Part shown: one piece after another, positions 10,611 to 18,326 of the stretch
How the letters are laid out: each line of letters starts with the position of its first letter
Position numbering within the stretch: position 1 is the stretch's first letter
Assembly (NCBI GenBank): GCA_016184305.1
Contig: JACPCX010000145.1
Coordinates: forward strand, 1 to 27,998
Length of the DNA stretch: 27,998 nt
DNA from: Candidatus Rokuibacteriota bacterium
Lineage (GTDB): Bacteria; Methylomirabilota; Methylomirabilia; Rokubacteriales; CSP1-6
Direction: 5' to 3'
Notes under the pieces: generated by a model
Told to the model about the DNA's origin: nothing
The model's input: only the letters and a program-made list of their open reading frames with translations
Database searches by the model: none
Program-made: the position numbers and the translations under genes

Positions 10611-11269
10611 GCAACCGGATCATCCTCCTGGGAGCCCCCGGCTCGGGCAAGGGGACGCAGGCCCGGCACCTGGCCGTGGAGTGGGGCGTCCCCCAGATCG
10701 CCACGGGAGACATGCTGCGCGAGGCAGCGGCGCACGGGAGTCCGCTCGGGATCGAGGCCAAGCGCTACATGGACACGGGGGCGCTGGTTCCGGATGGGGT
10801 GGTGATCGGGCTCGTGGCCGAGCGCCTCGCGCGTCCGGATGCCAAGAAGGGGTTCGTGCTGGATGGCTTCCCCCGTACCGTGGCCCAGGCCGAGGCCCTG
10901 GGCCGGATCCTCGGCAAGCAGGGGCTTTCGCTGGACCGCGTGGCGTTTCTGGACGTGTCCCGCGCGGAGCTGCTGCGCCGGCTCACCGGGCGACGTGTCT
11001 GCCGCCGTTGCGGCGCGGCCTACCACCTGGTATCGGCGCCGTCGCAGACGTCGGATCGCTGCGACGCCTGCAAGGGCGAGCTCTACCAGCGCGAGGATGA
11101 TGCCCCCGCCGCGGTGGCACGGCGGCTGGATGTCTACGAGAAGCAGACGGCGCCGCTCCTGGCGTACTACGAGCGCGGGGGTTTGCTGGCCGCCGTGCGC
11201 GGCGAAGGCGCCATGGACGATGTGACGGCCGGCATCCGGAAGGCCGTGCGAGGAACCGGCGCGGCATGA
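10607..11269 (+). CDS. adk: Adenylate kinase (long form, 4-Cys LID)
   Basis: GTG start overlapping secY stop (GTGA); P-loop GAPGSGKGTQ, LDGFPRT, LID CRRC...CDAC. Confidence 0.96.
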   Translation: MSNRIILLGAPGSGKGTQARHLAVEWGVPQIATGDMLREAAAHGSPLGIEAKRYMDTGALVPDGVVIGLVAERLARPDAKKGFVLDGFPRTVAQAEALGRILGKQGLSLDRVAFLDVSRAELLRRLTGRRVCRRCGAAYHLVSAPSQTSDRCDACKGELYQREDDAPAAVARRLDVYEKQTAPLLAYYERGGLLAAVRGEGAMDDVTAGIRKAVRGTGAA

Positions 11270-12027
11270 TCGTGCTGAAGTCTGCGCGCGAGCTGGCCCA
11301 CATGCGGGCCGGCGGGAAGATCCTTGCCGCGGTCAAGGAGCGGCTCCCGGTTCTGGTCCGGCCGGGGGTGACGACCAAGGAGATCGACGTCGACGTGGAG
11401 GCCTTCATCGTGGCGCGCGGCGCCCAGTCGGCCTTCAAGGGATACCGGGGCTACCCGGCGACGGTGTGCACATCCATCAACCAGGAGGTTGTCCACGGCA
11501 TCCCGTCGGAGAAGCGCCGCCTCGCCGAGGGGGACATCATCGGGCTGGACCTGGGCTGCATCGTCGAGGGGTACTACGCCGACTGCGCCATCACGCTGGC
11601 GGTGGGCGCCGTCCCGCCGCGGGTGCAGGAGCTCCTCGACGTGACGCGCGAGAGCCTCGACAAGGCCATCGTCCAGTGCCGTCCCGGCAACCGCCTCGGC
11701 GACATCTCGCACGCCGTGCAGAGCCATTGCGAGAGCCACGGCTTCGGGGTGGTGCGGGCCTTCGTGGGCCACGGTATCGGGCGGCAGCTCCACGAGGATC
11801 CGCAGGTGCCGAACTTCGGGGAGCCCGGGCGCGGCCCAGGGCTCAAGGCCGGCATGGTGCTGGCCATCGAGCCGATGGTGACCATGGGATCCTGGGAGGT
11901 CCGCATCCTCGAAGACCGCTGGACGGCGGTCACCGAGGACGGCGGCCTGGCCGCTCACTTCGAGGACACCATCGCCATCACGGAGAACGGCCCAGAGATC
12001 CTGACGCGCGTGGAGCCGGGGGCGTAG
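11266..12027 (+). CDS. map: Methionine aminopeptidase type I
   Basis: [38 protein letters not shown] motifs. Confidence 0.97.
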   Translation: MIVLKSARELAHMRAGGKILAAVKERLPVLVRPGVTTKEIDVDVEAFIVARGAQSAFKGYRGYPATVCTSINQEVVHGIPSEKRRLAEGDIIGLDLGCIVEGYYADCAITLAVGAVPPRVQELLDVTRESLDKAIVQCRPGNRLGDISHAVQSHCESHGFGVVRAFVGHGIGRQLHEDPQVPNFGEPGRGPGLKAGMVLAIEPMVTMGSWEVRILEDRWTAVTEDGGLAAHFEDTIAITENGPEILTRVEPGA

Positions 12028-12040
12028 GTGTGAGGATCGG

Positions 12041-12259
12041 ATGACCAAGGAAGACGCGATCGAGGTGGAGGGAACCGTCGTCGAGCCCCTGCCCAATGCC
12101 ATGTTCCGGGTCGAGCTCGAGAACGGGCACCGGGTGCTGGCCCATGTGTCCGGCAAGATGCGGATGAACTTCATCCGGATCCTGCCGGGGGACAAGGTGA
12201 AGGTGGAGCTGTCCCCCTATGACCTGACGCGGGGCCGCATCACCTACCGGTTCAAGTGA
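12041..12259 (+). CDS. infA: Translation initiation factor IF-1
   Basis: [42 protein letters not shown]. Confidence 0.98.
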   Translation: MTKEDAIEVEGTVVEPLPNAMFRVELENGHRVLAHVSGKMRMNFIRILPGDKVKVELSPYDLTRGRITYRFK

Positions 12260-12271
12260 GCAGGGAGAGCA

Positions 12272-12385
12272 ATGAAAGTCAGACCGTCGATCAAGGTGCG
12301 CTGCGAGAACTGTAAGATCGTGCGGCGGCAGGGACGCGTCCGCATCATCTGCAAGAACCCTCGCCACAAGCAGAGACAGGGGTAG
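12272..12385 (+). CDS. rpmJ: 50S ribosomal protein L36, Zn-ribbon form (37 aa; not in ORF track)
   Basis: Manual translation [46 protein letters not shown]. Confidence 0.97.
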   Translation: MKVRPSIKVRCENCKIVRRQGRVRIICKNPRHKQRQG

Positions 12386-12394
12386 CCCCGGAGG

Positions 12395-12424
12395 GGCGCG
12401 GACGGGCTCACGCCCGCCCGCGCC
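12395..12424 (+). other. Strong stem-loop immediately upstream of the rpsM ribosome-binding site
   Basis: GGCGCGG-a-CGGGC-tcac-GCCCG-c-CCGCGCC; GGAG SD follows at 12427-12430. Confidence 0.6.
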
Positions 12425-12439
12425 ATGGAGACAGCCTAT

Positions 12440-12844
12440 ATGGCACGCATCGCCGGAGTGGATTTGCCGCGGGACAAACGCGGGGAGATCGCGATCCAGT
12501 ACATCTACGGGATCGGGATCCCCTCTGCGAAGAAGATCTTCGCCGAGGCCCGGGTGGACTCCAACAAGCGGGTCAAGAGCTGGACCGATGAGGAAACGGC
12601 CCGCATCCGCGAGATCATCGAGCGGGAGTACAAGGTGGAGGGGGACCTCCGCCGCGAGGTGGCCATGAACGTGAAGCGGCTGATGGACATCGGCTGCTAC
12701 CGCGGGATTCGCCACCGCAAGGGCTTGCCCGTGCGAGGCCAGCGCACCCACACCAACGCCCGTACCCGCAAGGGCCGGAGCAAAGGCGTCATGGTCAAGA
12801 AGAAGCCTGTCGCCGCCGCTCCCGCCGCTGCGCCGAAGAAATAG
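12440..12844 (+). CDS. rpsM: 30S ribosomal protein S13
   Basis: [10 protein letters not shown] start at 12440 after [30 protein letters not shown]. Confidence 0.97.
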   Translation: MARIAGVDLPRDKRGEIAIQYIYGIGIPSAKKIFAEARVDSNKRVKSWTDEETARIREIIEREYKVEGDLRREVAMNVKRLMDIGCYRGIRHRKGLPVRGQRTHTNARTRKGRSKGVMVKKKPVAAAPAAAPKK

Positions 12845-12856
12845 GGAGCCGCTGAT

Positions 12857-13270
12857 ATGGCTGACGTCCCAGAGGAGAAACCGGCGGCGCCCCGCAAGGG
12901 CAGCCGTAAGCGAGAGCGGAAGGAGGTCCGCGTGGGGATCGCTCACGTCCAGGCCACCTTCAACAACACGATCGTGACGCTCACCGACAAGACGGGCAAC
13001 GTCGTCTCCTGGGCCAGTGCCGGGAGCGTGGGCTTCAAGGGTTCCCGCAAGAGCACGCCGTTCGCCGCGCAGACGGCTGCCGAGAACGCGGCCCGGAAGG
13101 CCATGGACATGGGGCTCAAGCAGGTGGAGGTGTTCGTCAAGGGCCCTGGTGCGGGCCGCGAGGCGGCCATCCGGTCCCTCCAGGCGGTGGGCCTCGAGGT
13201 GACCGCGATCCGGGATGTGACGCCGATTCCGCACAACGGCTGCCGTCCGCCGAAGCGGCGGCGGGTGTAG
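12857..13270 (+). CDS. rpsK: 30S ribosomal protein S11
   Basis: [41 protein letters not shown]. Confidence 0.98.
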   Translation: MADVPEEKPAAPRKGSRKRERKEVRVGIAHVQATFNNTIVTLTDKTGNVVSWASAGSVGFKGSRKSTPFAAQTAAENAARKAMDMGLKQVEVFVKGPGAGREAAIRSLQAVGLEVTAIRDVTPIPHNGCRPPKRRRV

Positions 13271-13282
13271 GGAGGACCAGGG

Positions 13283-13902
13283 GTGGCCAGATATCGAGCG
13301 GCGGTCTGCCGGCAGTGCCGGCGCGAGGGGATCAAGCTGTTCCTGAAGGGGGCGCGCTGCTTCACCGAGAAGTGCGCCATCGGCGGAACTATCCCCCGGG
13401 CCAGCACGGGCTCAGCCGGACCAAGGTCACGCCCTACGGGGTGCAGCTCCGGGAGAAGCAGAAGGCCAAGAACATCTACGGTGTTCTCGAGAGCCAGTTC
13501 CGCCGGTACTTCGAACGGGCGGAGCGCGAGAGGGGGATCACCGGCGAGAACCTGCTCAAGCTGCTCGAGCGGCGGCTGGACAACGTGGTGTTCCGCCTGG
13601 GGATGGCGGCCTCTCGCCGGGAGTCAAGACAGATGGTCGCCCACGGGCACTTCCAGATCAACGGACGGAAGGTATCCGTCCCCTCGTACATCGTGAAGGT
13701 GGGTGAGGTCGTTCAGCTCCGGCCGAGATCCAAGATGGCGGAGCGCGCTGCGGACAATCTCGCCGCCGGCCGCGCGGCGGTGCCGCCGTGGCTCGAGGTG
13801 GACGTCAACGACAAGAAGGGGACCGTGCGAGGCCTCCCGATGCGGGAGGACATCCAGATCCCCGTGCAGGAGCAGCTGATCGTCGAGCTGTTCTCAAAGT
13901 AG
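13283..13902 (+). CDS. rpsD: 30S ribosomal protein S4, frameshifted near 13380 (sequence error or pseudogene)
   Basis: Frame A gives [33 protein letters not shown]; frame B continues [10 protein letters not shown]...QLREKQK...[13 protein letters not shown]...[10 protein letters not shown]; span 620 nt is not a multiple of 3. Confidence 0.93.
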
Positions 13903-13908
13903 GAGATC

Positions 13909-14895
13909 ATGGCAAGGATTCCGTTTCAAAGGCCCAAGCACATCGAGTGGGAGATCAACACCGACCGGTACGGCCGGCTCGTGGCTGAGCCGTTCGAGAA
14001 GGGGTACGCGCTCACCGTGGGCAACTCGCTGCGGCGGACCCTCCTGTCGATCATCCCCGGAGCGGCCGTCGCGTGGGTGCGGATCGAGGGTACCCGGGAC
14101 CAGGAGGCTCACATCCCGGGGGTGCAGGAGGACACGCTGGACGTGCTGCTGAACCTCCGGAAGCTCGCCGTCAACGTGCCGTCGGGCGAGCCGATGACGA
14201 CGCGGCTGGAGGCCAAGGGGCCGAAGGAGGTCACCGGCGCTGATGTGTCGGAGGCCACCGGGATCGAGGTGCTGAACCCGGAGCTGCACATCGCGACGCT
14301 TGACCAGGGCGGGTCGCTCGCCATCGAGCTCGGCATCGGCATCGGTCGCGGCTACGTCGCGGCCGACAAGCACAGCCCCGGAACCATCCCTGCGGGCGCG
14401 ATTCCCATGGATGCTGCCTTCTCACCCATCCAGAAGGTGTCGTACGGCGTGGAGAATGCCCGCCTCGGCAAGATCACGGACTACGAGCGGCTCATCGTCG
14501 AAATCTGGACCAACGGGGCCGTCTCCCCCGACGAGGCGCTGACGCGGGCGGCGGCCCACATGCGCGACCAGTTCGCACTGCTGGCACCGGAGGGGCGTCC
14601 CGAGGAGGACGAGGAGATCGAGGCATCGGGTCAGGGTTTCCTCCAGGAGAGCCTGAGCAAGACCCTCGAGGAGCTCCCGCTCCCGGCGCGGGCGATCAAC
14701 GCCCTGCGAAACGCGGAGATCGTGACGGTCGCCGACCTCGTGCAGAAGATCGATGAGGACCTCGAGCAGGTCAAGAACCTGGGCACCAAGTCCATCGATG
14801 AGATCAAGACCGCGCTGGCGGGGCTGGGCCTCTCGCTCGGAATGCGCATCGACCCGAACGTGCTGGGCGCGCTCGGGCGGGGAGGGGCCACATGA
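13909..14895 (+). CDS. rpoA: DNA-directed RNA polymerase subunit alpha (divergent)
   Basis: EPFEKGYALTVGNSLRRTLLS, NPELHIATL, GRGYV, DAAFSPI, CTD RAINAL...KNLGTKS; position between rpsD and rplQ. Confidence 0.96.
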   Translation: MARIPFQRPKHIEWEINTDRYGRLVAEPFEKGYALTVGNSLRRTLLSIIPGAAVAWVRIEGTRDQEAHIPGVQEDTLDVLLNLRKLAVNVPSGEPMTTRLEAKGPKEVTGADVSEATGIEVLNPELHIATLDQGGSLAIELGIGIGRGYVAADKHSPGTIPAGAIPMDAAFSPIQKVSYGVENARLGKITDYERLIVEIWTNGAVSPDEALTRAAAHMRDQFALLAPEGRPEEDEEIEASGQGFLQESLSKTLEELPLPARAINALRNAEIVTVADLVQKIDEDLEQVKNLGTKSIDEIKTALAGLGLSLGMRIDPNVLGALGRGGAT

Positions 14896-15365
14896 GGCAC
14901 GGCAAGGCCGGGTTCAAGCTCGGGCGCGTCACGGCCCACCGGTGGGCGCTCTTCCGCAACCTGCTGGTCGCCCTGTTCCGGCACGAGCGCATCACCACGA
15001 CCGAGGCCAAGGCCAAGGCGGTTCGCGGACTCGCCGACCGGATGGTCACACTCGCCAAGCGGGAGTCGCTCCACGCGCGGCGCCAGGTGCTGGCCATGGT
15101 GCCTGACCCGCTCGTCGTCAAGAAGCTCTTCGACACCATCGCAGCCCGCTTCGGGGACCGGCATGGTGGCTACACGCGCATCGTCAAGGCGGGGACGCGC
15201 CCCGGTGACCGGGCGCAGATGGTGCTCCTCGAGCTGGTGGACCGGCCCGAGACGCCGAAGGACAAGGGCAGGAAGGGTGCCAAGGCCGAGAAGGCTCCCA
15301 AGGGCGAGGCGGGGGCCGCAGCGCGGAAGGGCAGGAAGAAAAAGGCCGCCGCAGCGGCAGGCTAG
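14892..15365 (+). CDS. rplQ: 50S ribosomal protein L17 with Lys/Ala-rich C-terminal tail
   Basis: MRHGK, HERITTTEAKAK, RHGGYTRIVK, RPGDRA motifs. Confidence 0.97.
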   Translation: MRHGKAGFKLGRVTAHRWALFRNLLVALFRHERITTTEAKAKAVRGLADRMVTLAKRESLHARRQVLAMVPDPLVVKKLFDTIAARFGDRHGGYTRIVKAGTRPGDRAQMVLLELVDRPETPKDKGRKGAKAEKAPKGEAGAAARKGRKKKAAAAAG

Positions 15366-15385
15366 GCCAGCGGCGCGATCGAAAC

Positions 15386-15415
15386 GGGGGGTGGCCGAGG
15401 CCGCCCCCTTTTTTT
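15386..15415 (+). terminator. Rho-independent terminator ending the ribosomal supercluster
   Basis: GGGGGTGGC-CGAG-GCCGCCCCC stem-loop followed by T7, about 20 nt after the rplQ stop. Confidence 0.9.
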
Positions 15416-15463
15416 GTCCACGCCCGCTGAGAGGGAACGGCCGTGGCGAGAGCGTCGACCGGG

Positions 15464-15859
15464 TCAGGCGCAGCCGGTCCGCGGTGCTCCCGGGGCCCGC
15501 CTCGGCACCAGCGTGCAGGCGAACGTCGCCGGCTGCCTGCGGTATTCCTCGAGGAGTTTCCCGAGGCGGGCCAGGGTCCGGTCGCGTTTCGCCAGGCCGA
15601 TCCCGTAAATCGCCAGGTCGTTGACGAGGCGGGTGTAGAACATGTGCGGAGCGTCGCCCCCCGTGCCCATGCACGGACTGGGCTTCTGGGCCACGCGCAG
15701 GAGGGGGCCGAAGGTCGCCACGTACTCCTGGAGGACGGCCTCGTCCCTCAGATCGGCGGGGACCTCGGGGAAACGAGCCAGGAACTCGTCCACGGTGATG
15801 GGACTCCGGCCAGCCCGGACCTTGTGATCGAGATCGGATGAGAGTCTGATCTGTCCCAT
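15464..15859 (-). CDS. Hypothetical protein, 131 aa
   Basis: MGQIRLSSDLDHKVRAG...; GC3-rich codons, globular-looking composition; extended -10 box 8 nt before ATG at 15859; no family recognised. Confidence 0.75.
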   Translation of the reverse strand: MGQIRLSSDLDHKVRAGRSPITVDEFLARFPEVPADLRDEAVLQEYVATFGPLLRVAQKPSPCMGTGGDAPHMFYTRLVNDLAIYGIGLAKRDRTLARLGKLLEEYRRQPATFACTLVPRRAPGAPRTGCA

Positions 15860-15867
15860 CGCCCCGC

Positions 15868-15876
15868 AGTATAGCA
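15868..15876 (-). promoter_or_regulatory. Extended -10 promoter element TGcTATACT
   Basis: Matches TGnTAnnnT, 5/6 to TATAAT, in very GC-rich context; 8 nt upstream of ATG with no clear SD. Confidence 0.65.
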
Positions 15877-15905
15877 CCGGCGGCCGGGGCGCGCGGCCTG
15901 GCGTC

Positions 15906-16142
15906 TCAAAGCTGGAGCACTGCGATGCCACCCAAGGTCACGAGCGTGCCGAGGATGGCGCGGCGCGGGGCCGGCTCGCCGAGGAACACGACGCCCAGCG
16001 GCAGGGCGAACAAGGGGGCGGTCGAGGAGAGCACGGTGGCCACCGTGACGCCGCCGTGCTTGAGGCCTGCCACGAACATTGTCACGGCCCAGGTCAAGCC
16101 CGAGCCGAGCGCGTACACCGCTCCCAGGGTCGTGTCGGACAT
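15906..16142 (-). pseudogene. EamA/DMT-family transporter remnant (78 aa; first helix fused in frame to the C-terminal helices)
   Basis: N-terminal GAVYALGSGLTWAV joined directly to C-terminal MFVAGLKHGGVTVATVLSSTAPLFALPLGVVFLGE...ILGTLVTLGGIAVL; far shorter than a full EamA repeat. Confidence 0.7.
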
Positions 16143-16178
16143 GAGGGGCACGGACGTGGCGTGGGCGAGGGGGGAACG

Positions 16179-16213
16179 CGGCGAGGAAGCGGCACGGGGC
16201 CGCTCCCTCGCCG
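16179..16213 (-). terminator. Long stem-loop just downstream of the hydrolase stop (terminator-like or stabiliser; no U-tract)
   Basis: Minus strand CGGCGAGGGAGCGGC-cccgt-GCCGCTTCCTCGCCG, 15 bp with one G-U. Confidence 0.45.
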
Positions 16214-16220
16214 GGCGCTC

Positions 16221-16895
16221 CTACTTCAGGTGGGCCTGGAAATGGGCGAGGGTGCGCTTCCAGGCATCCTCGGCCGCGGCCTTGTTGTAGACGTCGACCC
16301 GCTCGTCGTTGAAGAAGGCGTGATCCACGCCGGGGTAGATGTGGATCTCGGACTGCTTGCCCGCCGCCTTGATCTCCACGTCCAGATGGCGCGCCGCAGA
16401 GGGATTGACGAACTGGTCCTTCTCGGCGAAAAGCCCGAGCATGGGGCCCGCCAGCCGGCTGTAGTCGGGCTTGACGTTCGGATGGATGCCGTAGAAGTTC
16501 ACCACCGCCCCGATGCTCGGATTGGTGCAGCCCGCGAAGAGGGCGAGCTGGCCGCCCATGCAGAAGCCCACCGCGCCGAGCCTGGTGGTGCCCGAGAACC
16601 CGGCGAGATACTTTGCCGCTCCCGAGAGGTCCTTCTCCGCCTGGGCGATGTTGAGCGCCATGAAGAGCTTGCCCGCCGCATCCGGCTCGGAGGCCGTCTT
16701 CCCGTGGTAGAGGTCCGGGGCCAGCGCGGAGAAGCCCGCGACCGCGAACCGGTCACAGACGCTCTTGATGTGCCCGACCAGCCCCCACCACTCCTGGATC
16801 ACCAGCACGCCCGGCCCGTTGCCCGCTGCCGGGGTCGCCAGGTAGCCCTGAGTCGCCTTCCCGTTGCTCGGGAACTCCACCATGCGTCCTGCCAT
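16221..16895 (-). CDS. Dienelactone hydrolase family alpha/beta hydrolase
   Basis: VIQEWWGL, APDLY, nucleophile GFCMGG, AEKDQFV, YPGVDHAFFN; AAGGAGG SD. Confidence 0.93.
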   Translation of the reverse strand: MAGRMVEFPSNGKATQGYLATPAAGNGPGVLVIQEWWGLVGHIKSVCDRFAVAGFSALAPDLYHGKTASEPDAAGKLFMALNIAQAEKDLSGAAKYLAGFSGTTRLGAVGFCMGGQLALFAGCTNPSIGAVVNFYGIHPNVKPDYSRLAGPMLGLFAEKDQFVNPSAARHLDVEIKAAGKQSEIHIYPGVDHAFFNDERVDVYNKAAAEDAWKRTLAHFQAHLK

Positions 16896-16948
16896 CGGCG
16901 TTGCCTCCTTTATGTTGGTTGAATGTGGATGACTTCGGTTTGGCGGTT

Positions 16949-17048
16949 GGGCCTCTTCGCCCCCTTGGGGCTCATCGGGGCGTCCGCATCACCGGGGCCT
17001 CTTCGCCCCTTTGGGGCTCATCGGGGCGTCCGCATCACCGGGGCCTCT
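16949..17048. repeat. 46-bp direct tandem repeat (2 full copies plus 8 nt) with internal GCCCC-nnn-GGGGC hairpin
   Basis: Copies start at 16949, 16995, 17041; the two full copies differ at one base, in the hairpin loop (CTT vs TTT). Confidence 0.92.
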
Positions 17049-17081
17049 ATGTTACCGTGAAGCCCGCGTGGGGGGGGCTGC

Positions 17082-18326
17082 TCATGGCGCTCCGGGCGCG
17101 GGCGGCGTGATGCGGACGGTCAGCACCCGGCGCTCGTCGACCTCGAGCACGGTGAAGCTGTGGCGGCCCACCTGCAATTCCTCGCCGATGGCCGGGATAC
17201 GGTGCACCGTCGCGAGGACGAGCCCCGCGACGGTCTCGAAGTCGCCCTTGGGCAGCTCCCAGTCGAGGGAGTCGTTCAGCTCGTCGATCCCGACGCGCCC
17301 GGCGACGCGGTAGCTGCCGTCCGGGAGACGCTCCACCATGGCCGGAGCGCGGTCGTGCTCGTCCTGGATCTCGCCCACGATCTCCTCGACGATGTCCTCC
17401 ACGGTGACGATTCCGACCGCGCCCCCGTACTCGTCCACCACGACCGCGAGCTGCACCCGTCCCTTTTGCATCTCACGCAGGAGATCGTCGATGCGCTTCG
17501 TCTCCGGCGCGTAGGTGGCCGGGCGCATCAGCGAGCGGAGGTCCGGGGCCACGGCTCCGCGACTGAGGAGATCCATGGCCGTCACCACGCCGACCAGGTT
17601 GAAGACGCGGTCCGTGAAGACGGGGACGCGCGAGAAGCCACGCTCGCTCATGAGCCGCACGGCCTCGTCGGGCGTGGCTGTCTCCGGCAGCGCCGCCACG
17701 TCCACCAGCGGGACCATGACCTCGCGCACGGCCGTCTCCCCCAGGTCGAAGATCTTGTCGATCATCTCGGCCTCGGAGGTGCTCACGGCGGCCTCTTCCG
17801 GCTCCATCTGGAGCAGGAGCTTGAGCTCCTCGCGCGAGACGAAATGCCTGGCGGCGGTGGGTTGGCGTCCGAGGAGCGCCAGGGCGACGCCCACGACGGC
17901 GTTGGACCCCCACGTGAGCGGCTTGAGCAGATAGCTCGCCAGCTCGATCGGCCGGAAGAGGTGCCGGATCAGGGCCGTCGCCCACTCCTGCGCCACCGCC
18001 TTGGGGATCACCTCGCCGAACACCAGCATCAGGGGCGTGAGCGCGAGCGTGACGATGAGGGCTGCCACCCCGCCAACGAGCGGGAGCAGGGCCCACGTGG
18101 CCACCGACGAAGCCGTGATCTCGGCGATCGTCACGCCCATCATGGCGGTGGACAGGACGCGCTCGGGCCGCCGGAAGGACTCGAGGTAGCGTGCTGCGGT
18201 CCGGTCACCCCCCTCGGCCAGGTGGCGCAGGCGCACCCGGTTGGCGGCAATGAAGGCCATCTCCGCCGCCGAGAAGAGCGCCGTGACGACCAGGGCCAGC
18301 ACGATGACCCAGAAGTAGATGTTCAC
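17082..18326 (-). CDS. HlyC/CorC (CNNM, DUF21-CBS-CBS-CorC) family membrane protein
   Basis: [67 protein letters not shown]. Confidence 0.94.
   Translation of the reverse strand: MNIYFWVIVLALVVTALFSAAEMAFIAANRVRLRHLAEGGDRTAARYLESFRRPERVLSTAMMGVTIAEITASSVATWALLPLVGGVAALIVTLALTPLMLVFGEVIPKAVAQEWATALIRHLFRPIELASYLLKPLTWGSNAVVGVALALLGRQPTAARHFVSREELKLLLQMEPEEAAVSTSEAEMIDKIFDLGETAVREVMVPLVDVAALPETATPDEAVRLMSERGFSRVPVFTDRVFNLVGVVTAMDLLSRGAVAPDLRSLMRPATYAPETKRIDDLLREMQKGRVQLAVVVDEYGGAVGIVTVEDIVEEIVGEIQDEHDRAPAMVERLPDGSYRVAGRVGIDELNDSLDWELPKGDFETVAGLVLATVHRIPAIGEELQVGRHSFTVLEVDERRVLTVRITPPAPGAP

Noticed and set aside
13370..13395. Programmed ribosomal frameshift in rpsD
   Set aside because: No slippery heptamer or homopolymer, and conserved coding information (the Glu codon) is missing rather than shifted
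16949..17048. CRISPR array
   Set aside because: Repeats are contiguous with no unique spacers, only two full copies, and no cas genes in the window
16925..17048. Fluoride riboswitch (GGUGAUG...CGCC resemblance on the minus strand)
   Set aside because: Lacks the GGAGUUCGCC spacing and the 3' GCUGAUGACUCC-type pseudoknot partner; downstream gene is not fluoride-related
17070..17077. G8 tract as a phase-variation site
   Set aside because: Intergenic, short and unremarkable at this GC content; no supported -35/-10 pair brackets it
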